NCBI GenBank assembly: GCA_001179505.1
Contig: CDMY01000390.1
Span: forward strand, 25,342-89,341
From: Vitrella brassicaformis CCMP3155
Taxonomy: Eukaryota > Protista > Chromerida
DNA: 64,000 nt
Reading direction: 5' to 3'
Part shown: positions 24,044 to 36,949 of the stretch, one piece after another
How positions within the stretch are numbered: position 1 is the stretch's first letter
How the letters are laid out: each line of letters opens with the position of its first letter
Translations under genes and position numbers: made by a program
The notes under the pieces: model-generated
Told to the model about the DNA's origin: nothing
The model's input: only the letters and a program-made list of their open reading frames with translations
Databases searched by the model: none

Positions 24044-27000
24044 TCAAACAATCGACTTCCCCTGTCTCTCCTGCTCCTCCTTGGCCTGCTGCTTGGCCTG
24101 CTGCAGCAGGTTGTTCCATCGTGACCCCCTCCTCTCCCGATCCTCCTTGGCCTTCTGCAGCGCCATGTTCCATCGTGACCCCCTTCTCGGCTGCTCACCA
24201 ACTTCCTCCTGCGGCTCCTCTTTCTTTTGCTGTCCAGCCGCTCGCTGTGGGGATGTTGGCGAGGCCGAGCCGAAGCCGACTGAAGGCCTGGCGACAGTCT
24301 TGGCTTCAGGGGACCGGTGTAGGTCGATTTCGCTCCACTGCGATGCTCGGCGGACGTCGGATTGGCGGCGTGGGAAGTCCTGCGACGGGCTTGGCAGGTC
24401 CTCCAGGGACGAGTCGGGAGTCGACTCTTCATCAATGTGCTGGGCCGTGGTGTCGGTGGGGCGCTGGTGACCACCCAGGTACTGCTGGTCGAACATCTGA
24501 GCGAACCTCGACTGCACACTCCCGCGCTTGACGCCTGAAGAGACACAGAGATTTTGCTTTCTTTCAACCTCGGTGTCTCCGTGTCTCGTCCCTTTGCCCT
24601 TTTGTGACCTCTGTCGAATGCGGCCATGTAGTCCACCGACTGGTGAGAGGTGTGAGATACGATGGACGACCGACGGTCACTCTCATCGTCACTCATCGCC
24701 CGCACGCTGCCCCTTCCCTTGGCGACGCGCTCGCCCTCGCCGCCCTCGTGACCACACGATGAGACAGGCGACTCCTTCTCAGTCGGCTCACTGCCCGTAG
24801 ATGTGCGGCAGCCGCGCTCCACCTCCGCTTCAGAGTCACTCGTCGTTGCTCGTGGGGGGAGTCTGACCACCTGCACTGGCGGTGGCAGCTGCTCGGTGTC
24901 GCTGGGCAGTGCAGCCGGCGGAGAAGGCTGCTCCGCTGCCGCCGATGACGAGAGGAAGGCCTTGCTCGTGGCCGATACGGCTGTGCTCCAGAGAGCGCCG
25001 AAGATGCTCTTGCTGGTGGAAGGGAGCGGCGATGAGGTGGGCGATGGGCTTCGCTCACTCTGCGCCCGCAGCGGGAGAGCGACGGCGTTCTTGACAGCCT
25101 GGTCGGGGACGACAGGCTCGGGCGGAGGAGTGCTGATCAGTGGGGGGGCGCTCTTGGTGGTGAGGGCGTCTGCCTGGGAAACAGGGGATGGCACGTTGAC
25201 GACGCTGTCCCTCTGGCGCGAGACGGTGACATGGTGCTGGTGGAGGTCGAGCTGGTCAGGGGTCATGTAGTCGACGATGGATCGCCTCCCCGCCACTTCA
25301 GGCTGCTCCTGCGCCCGCCACAGCTTGACCGCCTCGATGAGCGCCACGTCAAAGTCATCCACGTTGGTCGACGACGATCGCCGGGGCCTCTCCTGTGCCT
25401 GCGCTCCACTGAGGTCGACGTCAAAGTGCCTGAGGAAGTTGAAGCAGCCGTCGCAGACCTTGCACCACGTCTCCTCCGCGCCCCCCTTTTCAGAAGCGGC
25501 GAAGGATCCCTTGTCCTTGGTCGCCAAGGCCTCCACCATAGCTTTCCTCATCTCTTGCTCGGCATTTTCGCGGGCCTCGGCAAAGTCACGTCTCGTGGGG
25601 GAGGCCTCGGCCATCGTGACGCGCTTCTGTGGAGAGAATGAACTCGTTGGCGCGCGGCGCAAGGACAGGGAGAACCGGGACTTGCGTCGCTCGGCGAGCT
25701 GCTCTGCAGCCGGCGAACCTGCCGAGGGCGATGGGGGCATGGCAGTGGGAGACATGGGCGAGGGGCTCGAAGGAGCGGCCGCCCCTCCTTGCCAGAGACT
25801 GAACCGTCGGACACCTGCAGATAGACAGAGAGATGAATGAAGGGGTGGGTCAGATAAAGAGGAGGGGTGCGGTGCATGCCATGTATGGGATGGGCGGGAC
25901 GGGCATTCACCTCACCTGCCATGGGCGACTTTGGGATTTTGGGTTGTCCGTCGTCTGCGACGGCTCCCGGGGCAAGGCTCCCGGGGATCTTGGCTCTCTT
26001 GCTGCAGCACTTGGGGCACAACTCAATGCCACAACGACCGCACACTCTAGACAACACACAAACAGAGGGAGAGGGAGAGGGAGAGACTGGGGATTGATAT
26101 CACGTATGGATGTGGGTGTCGTGTCGTGTCTCAGCTCTTTTGCAATTTGCTCACTCGCGAGGGATGTTCATGAAGAGCTGCTCACAGATAGCGCATGATG
26201 ATGCGACCAGGCTGGCCCCCGGTGTGCGTTCGGGGTCCTCCTCAACGTCCCCTGCCCGCGGCCCCGCATTCGGGCGGCCCCAGAAGTGCAGCTTCTCGCG
26301 CAGACCCTCCTCCGCCATCGACGGCCATTTCAGACGACTGAATCAATCAACGAATGAGGAAATGAGTGAATCATTGGGTCAGTGCGGGCAAACACATCTA
26401 TCTGCGCACAATCTATTAAAATTGCTTGTGTGCTTTGCTTGTTTGTGTGCTTACGTGTATTCGTCTTTGAGTCGAATGATTTCGTTGTAGTGTCTCTTGA
26501 CGAGCAGCTCTGGCTTGCCCACCTCGTCGCTACCCGTGCTGCCCCGCCGCCCGCTGCTCGGCGAGTCGTCCTCACTGCCGCTCTCCCAACTCTCGGGCTC
26601 ACCACCTCGGTCGGCAGCATGGTCGCTCTCTCGGTCAGCCAGCCGCGACCTGTCCCACCCGATGGCGCCAAAGCTGGCCAGGAGGAGGGCGATCGCCTTG
26701 TGCTTGACGAGCTCCGAGGGAATCTGCCCCGGACCGCCGCCGCTGCTCGTGCCTTCACGCTTGTTGGGATGGGCGCCGAATCGGAGGAGCAGCTCAGTCA
26801 TCTTGCGGTCGCCCTTTAGAATGGCCCAGTGGAGGGGAGTCTGCTTGGCTCGGTCGTCTGAAAACCAAAGGCACACATATATGCGATGCGTGTCTGGCAA
26901 ATGCTTGCACGATTGAAAGGAAAGACAATGACTGCACTAACGCACGCACACACACACGCACTTGTGGTGACATTGGGGTCAGCCCCGGCCCGCAGAAGTC

Positions 27001-28566
27001 GCTCAGCCGCCTCGAGGTGCCGCTCCACAACGAACACGTGGAGAGCCGAGACGTCAGGCAGCCCTTGGAAGCCCCGCCTTTGCCCTCGTGTGCTGTCTTT
27101 CTCGTCCCCGCCCGCCGCAATCGACACGTACACCCTCTTGGAGGTCCGTGAATCGATGCCGGGCGGGAAGCGCAGCAGATGGCCGAGGATGAGGAAGGCG
27201 GCCGTCTCATTGGGGATGCGGGCGGCCAGCTGCGGCACGGACCGCCCGCCGTAGTCGAGGATGTAGGGGTTGGCGCCGGCCTGCAGCAGCAGCCGCACCG
27301 CCTTGGGACTGCCTGCACGGATGGCCATGACCAGAGGGGTCTCGTTTGCATAGTTGAGGGGATCCAACTACAGGCAAGGAGAGAGAAGAAACATGTACAC
27401 ATGTGCAGGGTATATATACAGACATGTCTGTAGGTGGTGTAGTGGGTCTACAATGATATCGAGTCTGAGTAGCAGCGACAGTGTCCTCAGACTGCCAGTG
27501 AATGCGGCGATGTGGAGGCCGGTGTTATCCCACTCGTCGGGTTGATCGGGGTCCTCGCGGTGCAGCAACATCATCCGCAGGCCCTCCAGATCGTCATGCA
27601 TCGCAGCATGGTACACAGTGCCACCAACCTGACAGTAAATAAACCACACACAGAGGAATCCTTTGTGTCAAGGAAGGGTGAGACACGCACCTTCTCATGG
27701 CCGACGAGCAGCCGCTTGTACACCGGGTTTGGGAGGAATGTCGCGCCCAACATCGGATCTCTCGTCCGCCTTCTGCCCGACGCGTCTTTCAATGACTCAT
27801 GCGGCCCCTTCTGACGCCCCTGACTGCCGTCGCTTGGATACACCCAGGCGTGAATCGCCCTGCGGAGGGTGTTGAGAAACAGCCTGCGCTCTTCTGTGGA
27901 CTCGAAGCATATCATGCCCTGGAAGGCCACTGTGGCGGACAGGGGCTCTTCGAGGGCGACGACGGACTCGACTGCGATTCCGGGGAGGCTGTGGGTCTGC
28001 CATTCGAGCAAAGAGGGGGCGGTCTTGCGCTTGGGGTCCTTCTTCACCGGCCTGCCGTCTGCTGAGATCTGGTCCTGCAGACAGACAGACAGACAGACAG
28101 ACAGACGTACACACGGAGGCACATCATGTCCAGTCCAGTAGATGGCACGCCTGCATGTCTCCTCTACGCATGTCTGTGTGGCTCCGTCGCCCCTCACTGA
28201 CCATCATGACGTGGCACCTCATCCATCTGAAGGGGATGGTGCGGTGGTGCTTGAACTTGCCGCTGGTGGAGGGGGGCTGAGTCAGCATCAGGCAGTCGGT
28301 GCAGATCATCGCCCATTGGGTGACGAAGTCACCCATCAGCAGCTGAGTCGTCAGCTGCTTCCGAGGCCGGTACACGATCCCGTGGGCGAAACACCTGACC
28401 ACGCACAGACCATCATCCACAAAAGACAAAGGCGTGCAGTGCGAGAGAGCGCCTCTGACAGCATGAATGGGTACTTTCGCTCTCCCGCTGGCGTGACGGC
28501 CTTGATATAAGGGCTCTGGTCCGCCCCAATGAGGTCATTCCACCTGTCCTCGTGCACAATAGGCAT
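24044..28566 (-). CDS. PH-like N-terminus + ankyrin repeats + atypical FYVE-type zinc finger + long disordered tail
   Basis: Ankyrin motifs: GGTVYHAAM.., NTGLHIAAFTG, NETPLVMAIRAG..LLLQAGANP, SALHVFV..LLRAGADPN, QTPLHWAILKG..LLLRFGAHPN. Zn finger: SCAICEQLFMNIPRE|VCGRCGIELCPKCC...WCKVCDGC. Spliced frame continues through the intron starting at 24608 to a stop at 24044. Confidence 0.8.
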
Positions 28567-28686
28567 ATCCGATTCTCTGGTCCCCCACTGGTAAGAAGGG
28601 CAAACTGCAGGGCAAACTCACAGCTCCAAAACACTCTCTTTCTTCGGGGGGAAGGGGGGAGAGAAGGGACTCTCTCGTGGGGGCTA

Positions 28687-28709
28687 AGCTCGCGGCCCCC
28701 ATGCGAGCT
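28687..28709. promoter_or_regulatory. Inverted pair of AGCTCGC motifs in the divergent promoter between the ankyrin-FYVE gene and the helicase
   Basis: aagctcgc-ggcccccat-gcgagctt; the same 7-mer occurs at 4052, 9550, 9569, 23528, 39831 and 57715, each near a gene or repeat-arm start. Confidence 0.4.
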
Positions 28710-28781
28710 TGAGCAGAGGCTCGAAAACTGAGGAACTCAACTGGACATCTGCAGCCATCCCGTGTGAACACTTGGCGGATT

Positions 28782-31700
28782 ATGACGTCCAGCAGCTCCC
28801 GCGGGGACTCTCGGCACAACGAGCGGATCCTGTCGACGCTCAAGAGGAATCTGCCCTCGGACATGATGGCAGAGATCTCCGAGAGGATGGGTGCTCTCGT
28901 CGCGTCCGCCGGCACATCATATGAGACGAAGACCTGGCTTGACTTCGTCACCGCCCTCGCCCGCCACCCCAGCCGAGTGCGGCCAGCCGGGGCGGAGGAT
29001 CCCCTCTTGAAGGTGCTGTTGATGTGTCCAGAGCGTGTGAAGGGCGAAGCGCGGCGTATCATTTTAAGTGGCGGCATCACCCGCAGCGACTCTGCAATGG
29101 CCGCCCGCCCAGCGCCCATGGAAATCGAGATAGAAGACGACAACCTACCCGCTGCCGCAGCTGCTGATGGTGCAGCCAGTCGTGCCAGCAACACGCCCGC
29201 CGGCTCATCTGCATCATCCAATCGCAAGCGACACCCGCCCCTCTTCCCTCCCAAGGACCCCCCTCCACCCAGCAGCAAGGCATCAAAGCGGACCGAAAGC
29301 GCTAACGGGGCAGCGACCAGGCGGAAGGGCCAATCATTCCACCAGCGCGTGGGCTATGAGGGTGCGGAAAGGGACACGCCCTTCAGGCCACAGAGGGCGG
29401 CCAAGCAGCCACCTGGTGGTGCTGGTGCATCGGCGCGGCGCAACCAGGGCAAGATCGACCCCAGTGCGGCCATCGAGCGGCGCAAGAAGAAGGCTCGGGA
29501 GGGCAACGGCGAGATTTCTTTTGACGCTCCTGTGGTGAGCGTGGCCAGCCTCTCGTTGGAGGACGACAGCCGAGATGCAGTGCCCCCGCTGGCCCAGAAC
29601 GAGAACAAGATCCACGACACCAAGGTCTACTTCCCCTTCCGGCCGGCGAGGGCGCAGCTGGTGGCGATGCGGACGGTGCTGGAGGCCTTGAAGGAGACCA
29701 CACCTAGCAGAGAGGGAGGCGGAGGGGGAGGGGGAGAGGGAGAGGGGCAGGACGGTGGGGATGTAGACATGGCGGCTGCAGCAGCGGGTGACAAGGACAA
29801 GGCGACGACGAACCTGCCACCCGTGGGCAAGGATGACCTCAATGTTGCCTTTGTAGAATGCCCCACAGGTCGGCAAGCCACACCCACAATCATTGCCCCC
29901 TTTCATTCATTCTGTGGTATGGTCTTCAGGCACGGGCAAGACGATCGCACTGCTCTGTTCCGTATTGGCGTACCAGCACAGCATGGCGCAGGAGGCGGCG
30001 GAGGGCAGGATCAAACCAGAGCAGGTGCCCAGGGTCTTCTACGCCACCCGCACCCACAAACAACTAGATCAGGTTCGAAACACGTACCTGTGTGTGTATG
30101 TGGGTGGCTTCATCTGCTGTCGTGTCGGTGTTTGTGCCTGTGCCTGTGTGTGAGTACAGGTAGTTTCCGAGTTGAAGAAGACGCCGTATCGGCCCCTGAT
30201 GACGCTGCTGGCGTCACGGGAGCGGTTCTGTCTGCACCACACAGTCATGGCGGCCCCAAACAAGGTACACCTCCAACGTGGGCTTCCTCGGGTCTGGATG
30301 GCTATGATGTGTGTGCGGGATGCTCATTGTGTGTGTGTGTGTGTGTGTGTGCAGGCCGAGGCGTGCGAGAACGCCACGTTCATCGACAACATGGAGTGCA
30401 TGCACCTGCAGCACCACGAGGGCATCAGATACCCTGCCAACTTCCTCAAGGTCTGTCTGTCTGGTGACGACCAACACACACACAAGGTGTCAGTCGCCGT
30501 GTACGCATCTGTGCTCAGCACTACACTCCCGGGCGAGAGGGTCATCTGGCGGCCTTTGACATCGAGGAGCTGGTCAAGGAGGGCAACGAAGCATTCATCT
30601 GCCCCTACCACACCACCCGCGACCTGCTGTCGGAGGGCGCGGCACTCATCCTCCTGACCTACTCGCAGGTCTTCGACCCCCCAATACGCACAGCCAACTC
30701 CTTGTTCAATGCGCTGCCGGGCAGCATACTGGTGAGTTTTCGGAAAGCGCCGTGGGGGAGGGCTGTCCACAGGCGCACGTGTGCTGCGGTGTTGCAGATA
30801 CTGGATGAAGGGCACAACATCGACAGCGTGTGTCGGGACGTCGCGACGCTGGAGCTGACCACCACCAAGGTCGGACACACACGCGTCCACAAACACACGA
30901 ACCATGCATCGCATCTATCTGCCTCTACACGTGCTCCCATGTTGTGTTGGTTCAAACGACTGTGGGTCGGGTCAATTTCTCCGTGCAGTTGTACGAGATG
31001 CTGGAGGATCTGCAGCGGATGCACGAGGTCCTCGCCAGCAATGCCGAGCACTCCAACCTCCTCCCCATCAACGCCTCCTTCCAGACACTCATATACGACC
31101 TCATGTCATTCACCCTGGCACAGCACTCAGAGGCAACATCCACACGACCCCCTCCCTCAGCACCAGCGCCTCCGCCGGCGCCAGCGCCATCCCGCGCCCC
31201 CAAGCCCATCAGCCGGACGTCGTCGATGAACTCGATCAGCGCGGAGCCGCCGCGTGGCTTGCCGGTGGGTGCGACAGGCTGGCGGCAGGTGAACCTGTCG
31301 TCGGGCGGAGTGGGAGGGAATGGCGGCGATAAGGAGGTCACACATTGGGTGCAGGTACGCTCGCCGCAGACAAGGGTGGGAAATGGATGTCGACGGCCGT
31401 GTGAATTCGTGTCCGTGTGCATTCTGTCCTGTGTTTGTCTGCAGGCCGGCACCGACGCCCTGGGAAAGCTCATCGGCATCTCTGACCTCTCGCGGCCGAC
31501 AGTCAAGCGCCTCCAGGATCAAATCAGGCAGATGCGAAAGGCGCTGCAGGTACGCACACACGCATGCCATACACGCCCAGACATTCGTCCGCCATTCTCT
31601 CCCCCCTCCCCCACAGGCAGAGGGGTTCGAATCGACGGCTGTGAAGAGCGGCACCATTAACGCCCTGGAGGGCCTCCTGTCGCGGCTGGACTTCTTCATC

Positions 31701-33564
31701 CACTCCCGTGGCGAACCCTACAAGTGCTGCATCTCAGCCCTCCACACCGCCCCACTGCAGGGAGCCGCCCGGGGCGGGGCAGCAGCCTCCCATGGCATCG
31801 GCTCAGCCCCGCGGCGAAGGGCCAAGAAGATGACACGGCAGGAGAAGGAGACAAGACACCTGGCGGCCAAGCACCGGTACGCCGACTTGACTGGCAACAG
31901 CGACGACTCCCGTCCGCCGTTCGAGGCCACCCTCACCCTGCTGTGCCTCGACGCATCCGTGGCCTTCCGCCCTGTGGTCGAGTGGACGCAGCTGACCATT
32001 CTCGCGTCGGGCACCCTCTCACCCATGGACGCACTCGCGCGCGAGCTCATCTCCTTCGGGCTGAAGCCGTCCAAGTCGTCCCCCCGCCCCCTCCCTCCTG
32101 TGTCGACCGACGGCCTCCAGAAGGCCATTCACGTCAGCACAGTGCAGCAAGGAGAGGACGGCGAGGATGAGGGCGAGGCCAGGACGGTGGCGGTGCGGCT
32201 GTGGGCGCTGACAGCGCCGCACTTTGCGTCGCTGCAGGACAACCTCGTGAGTCGGCTGCTGCAGTATGGGCCGGTGGGGCTGGAGGGGTTCAAAAGGGGA
32301 GGTGGCGGAAAGGACAGATTCGCCAAGCTCGACATGTCCTATCAGTGCCGAAGGCAGCCTGACCAGCAGGACGCACTGGGCGGTGCCATTGTAGCACTCG
32401 CACACATCGTCCCGAACGGGCTGCTGGTGTTCGTCCCGTCCTATGGGGTGCTTAAGGTGCGTGCGTCAGGCGAGAGGGACAACAGACACGACACCGTACT
32501 CTATGGATGCGTCTGTGTGGTGATGTGTGTGTGTGTCAGATGTTGGTGGATCGGTGGCGTGTATCGGGTCACATGGCGGAGATGGAGAAGCGGAAACGTG
32601 TGCTGGTGGAGCAGCAGGGCATGTCCGCCGACGCATTCGACCAGATGCTCAAGACATACCACGATGTAATCACACGAGGGGGAAGGAGCACCGCCACACC
32701 ACACCACACCACACACCATGTCACGGATGGGATCTGTCCGGCTGCCTTGTCAGGCCGCTAAGGACAAGAAGGGCGTGTTGCTGCTGGGCGTGTGTCGCGG
32801 GCGGGCCAGTGAGGGCGTCAATTTCAAGGACCACAACGCCAGGTACCGACCTGGACACACCACACGGTGGCACACCCATCCCTCCCTCATGGAACCGATG
32901 GATGGATGGATGTATGGATGTGTGTGTGTGTGTGGACCTGTAGGGGTGTACTCATAGCTGGCATCCCCTACCCTCCCCTGAAGGACCTGCAGTCGGTGCT
33001 CAAGCGCGAGTACAACGATGCGGAGAGCCGGAAGGGCGAGGAGGGGGCTGTGGTCAGCGGCAATGAATTCTACCAGATGGAAGCGTTCAGGTGAGGAAGA
33101 CGAGCGGGCTCCCGGGCGGACTGTCGTGTGTGTAAGGCGGGCGTGTCTGCGTGTGGTTCAGGGCCGTCAACCAGTGTCTCGGTCGCCTTCTTCGGCACAG
33201 CAAGGACTACGGCTGCGCCATCCTGCTCGAGCAGCGATACGCGCAACAGACGCACAGACTCCCCGGCTGGTTCACCGGCCAGCTGCCCCCCATTCCCAGC
33301 CAATTCTCGGCCCGCAATGCCTTCTCCGACACCCTCAAGGACGTCGGTGCCTTCTTCAAGAACAAGAGCGACGCCAACCTGCCCCCACAGCCACAAGCGC
33401 CGCAGCCGTCGGACCCGACCCGCCCTCGGCTCGATGGTCAGGCGATGATCATGAACAGGGGCGTGGCACCGTCGTCACGCGGGCCGTCGTCACGTGCGAG
33501 TTCGAGGGAGTCGTCTCGGGGTAGCTCGAGGGATGGGCAGAAGGGCAGGAGGAAAGGCAAGTAG
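28782..33564 (+). CDS. XPD-family Fe-S 5'-3' DNA helicase, RTEL1/FANCJ-like
   Basis: VYFPFRP..AQ (Q motif); ECPTG|TGKT (Walker A); FYATRTHKQLDQ; four Fe-S Cys (RERFC, EAC, MEC, ICPY); ILDEGHN (DEAH variant); LASGTLSP; LLVFVPSY; GVCRGRASEGVNF; AGIPYP; AVNQCLGRLLRHSKDYG. RTEL1 vs FANCJ not resolved. Confidence 0.92.
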
Positions 33565-33856
33565 TGTAGTGCAGTGAGTGCATCATTCGTTGGGTGCCAG
33601 TGGGGTGGGAGACTCGTCTGGTGGTACGTGGCGTGGGTTGGTGTCAGTGCGTAACTCGTCCAATCCAATCGACGCTGATCTGATTGATGTGCGTGATCGA
33701 TGTCGATCAATCTTCCAATGCATTGAATTGACAGATCGTATTAATGCCAGCGACAACTCAGAAATGAAAGAGATGCAACATGCATTTGATCATTTTAGCT
33801 GAGCATGCATCTGTCTTCTCATGTCTTGTCGCTGTGTGTCCTCTCTCTCATGTCAC

Positions 33857-35479
33857 TCATTCCTGAGCGATGAGGCCAGTCAGCGTGTCGGAGAGTGTCT
33901 TGGCGATGGCCTCCGTCTGCTGGGTGACTGCCTGGAGTGGTGTGGCAAGCTCTTTGGCATGGTCCTCGCCATACACAGCCACACCTTCATCGTACAGCGC
34001 TTGCTGCTGCACACACAGACAGACAGCGAGAGGGAGAGAGACAGGGATGAGTTTGTGAAGGTCTGTGTGTCTGATGTTCGCCACCATTTGGTGGAGTGCG
34101 TATGCGACACACGCGCCCACGAGCGCCAGAAACAGCACAATCAGCAAAATGTCCATCGTGTGGGACGAACCTGACAGTCACATCGTGTCATGCACACACA
34201 CGTCTGTCTATGTGTGTGTGTGTTTCATGAGATACCGCCGGGTGCGTGGTGTTTGGTCGGCAGGCGGTGTTCGATCAGCTCAATCGCCTCAAGCAGTCCA
34301 TCCTTGAGATTGTCGCCATTCAGCTGACACACACACACACACACACACACACATGGATGGATGGATGGATGAGTGTCTTCAGCTGACACACGTGAATGGC
34401 TCGTTCGATGTCTCGTTCGATGGTGAACTTGGCGGCCTCGTTGATGTAAGGCTCCAGCCCCTCACGCCAACGCACTACTGCACACACGATGGACACACAC
34501 ATCCACACACACGGTCATTGGTTGTGTGTCCATCCATCCATCCATCCATCCAATCGTCTGTGTGTGTGTGTGTCGACTCGCCGGCCATGTGGTCCTGGAC
34601 TGAGTACAGCAACAGAATGCCGTCGTGACACTGACACACACATAATCCGTGTGTGTGTCTGCGTGAGTCCGTCGAGTGGGAACGAGCCGACCTGTTTGTG
34701 TCCGATTCCGTAAGTGACGAGCAGTTTCTCTGCGAACGAGTTGGCGTAAGTGTTGAGTTCCGTTCGTTCGTCGTGCTTGGCCCTCTTCTTGTCCTTGGCG
34801 AGTGAGTAGGGCAGCTTGGCCATGAGTGCGATGGCCAGTTGGTAGAAGGTCTTGCCGAGGCTTCCACAGGCGTGCTGCGTCTCCTGTCTGAACTTGAGCA
34901 GTCGCGTGTCGACGTCGTTGGCCTCGTCGTCGGTGAGCCATCCGTCGGGGTCGCACAGCCAGGTGGTCTCGCCCGCCTCGGCCGCCTCGCCGCGGTTGCA
35001 GCTCGTGGGGTCCAGGAACGGACTCGGGTAAGTCGACAGGGACCACTCCCTGCAAGCCAAGCACCGTATCGCACACTCACACACACAAAACAGACAGACA
35101 AGGCGTGATGTGGGGATGAGTGAATGAGTGAATGAATCAGCGTGTCGTGTTTGGTGCTTCACTCACATGGTCGCATTCCTGTACATTTGCAAAGCAAACA
35201 CACGGACAACGAGACGCTCAATGACTGTGTGTGTCTCCTCTGATGTCTGCTCGCTCACTTCTTCTGAGTCGGTCCGCCGCTCTTGACGCCAGTCGGGTCG
35301 GCGTGTGAGAGAGGGCGGAAGGAAAACCGCACAGACTGGCTGTGGGTGTCTGCCGATGGCTGCACGTCGGTGAAGAATGCCTCGTCCAGCTGATAGGTCT
35401 GCTGGGCTGAAGCACCCCAGACGAGCAGGGCACAAACACTCACAATGACCAGCTTCATGGTCATCTTGCTCGCCCGCAC
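33857..35479 (-). CDS. TPM-domain (MOLO-1/TLP18.3-like) type I membrane protein
   Basis: Signal peptide MKLVIVSVCALLVWGASA; WSLSTYPSP..C..WLCDPDGWLTDDEA (MOLO-1-like); YGIGHKQ|CHDGILLLYS..|VVRWREGLE; TM helix ILLIVLFLALVGACVAYAL; short cytosolic tail. Confidence 0.8.
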
Positions 35480-35633
35480 ACGCAGAGAGAGAGAGAGGGC
35501 TTCTCGATTGGTGGTTAATCAACCAAAGTGTACAAACAAACACGTACATGTACATGTACATGTATACGTATGCCATGTCCGTACACACTCTCTCATATAG
35601 ACAGACACAAGCGAGTGGGTGAATTCGAATCAT

Positions 35634-36569
35634 CTAGGGCATATTCACAAAGCCGCCTGCAGCTGCCTGTGGCTGTTGCATCACAGCTGCCGGGCCTCCC
35701 ATCGCCATATACCCCACCGGCGCTACCGCAGGCCCTCTCGGCTGCTCGTACACCACTTGCGGCGGCTGCTGCTGCGGCACGTAGTACTGCTGCTGCTGTT
35801 GCTGTTGGGGCAGAGGGACGTATTGAGGCACCTGCACCACAGCAGGCGCCTGTGGCTGCTGTACCGCCGACCAGCCGTACTGCACTGGGACGACGGGCTG
35901 TTGGTAGAGAGGGGCAGGAGGAGGCGTCTGGATGTAGGCGGGCGACACCGGCCGAGGAATGTCTTGAACAAAAATAGGCTGGGTTGCAGGCGAGTAGTGG
36001 CTGATCGAGCTCGGCGGCTGCGCGATGTAGGAAGAAGGCGAGGTCAGCGGCATCATTTGTTGCTGCGTGGTTGTCTGATACGTCTGATACATGATACCGT
36101 CCCCATTCTCCTTTCCATGTTGGCCATGCTCGCTGATGCTCCTCAACTTCGCTGGAGAGCTGCTTGTGCTCCGATGCGGATAATTTGTAGCCGCTGCGCC
36201 ATCACCAGACGGCCGCGATGCCATGGATAAGTCAACGGTTTCATCGCTGTCTTCAGTGGTCTTCTCGAAGCTGCACGTGCACCGCAGTCGGCTGTCCTCA
36301 GACAAAGAATTGGAGAGCTGGATCAGCGATGCCGCCCCTGCAGAGCTCTCATTGGCTGTCATTCGAGGCCGCCCCGCACCCTCTCCCTGTGGTGGGATCT
36401 CGATGAGCACGGGCACAGAGTAGAGGTGCTGCCTTTCGACGCGGGTTGTGCCGTCCTCATCTTGAGAAACCTGCAGGAGGGGGTGCCACGACTGCAACGC
36501 GTGCGTGGTGGAGGCCAAGAAGCCCAGCAACAGCACCGATTGAAACATCTCCACACTTGGCGGTTGCAT
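35634..36569 (-). CDS. Single-exon secreted protein of unknown function with Gln/Pro/Val/Tyr-rich C-terminal half
   Basis: 311-aa ORF with signal peptide MFQSVLLLGFLASTTHA and a tail such as PLYQQPVVPVQY..QQQQQQQYYVPQQQPPQVVYEQP. Confidence 0.6.
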   Translation of the reverse strand: MQPPSVEMFQSVLLLGFLASTTHALQSWHPLLQVSQDEDGTTRVERQHLYSVPVLIEIPPQGEGAGRPRMTANESSAGAASLIQLSNSLSEDSRLRCTCSFEKTTEDSDETVDLSMASRPSGDGAAATNYPHRSTSSSPAKLRSISEHGQHGKENGDGIMYQTYQTTTQQQMMPLTSPSSYIAQPPSSISHYSPATQPIFVQDIPRPVSPAYIQTPPPAPLYQQPVVPVQYGWSAVQQPQAPAVVQVPQYVPLPQQQQQQQYYVPQQQPPQVVYEQPRGPAVAPVGYMAMGGPAAVMQQPQAAAGGFVNMP

Positions 36570-36949
36570 TTACACGAGCGCGCAAATTACCCCCCGTCCT
36601 GGCGCGGGAGCCTAGCTAGGCCGGCCTCGCCTCACACTGACGCTATTAGGTATGCAGATGTAATGGAAACCATGTCAGAGACCTCTTCGCATTCGAATGC
36701 AACAGGTGCGTCCATCACACATCCGTCCGGGAACACGAGAAAAAAGCCCAGACGCATCAATCGCAAGGGGTGGCTCTCATAGCACAAGCATGCCGTCTCA
36801 CATCCATCCATCCATCCATCCATCCATTCACACATGAATCGACATTCGAATGGTGACAGGCACCAAGCAAAAAGGCTCGTCTGTCACCCTACCTAGTTCC
36901 CTCCTCGCTGCCCCACCGTCTCATCATCACTGTTTCTGCCTCTTAGCTG

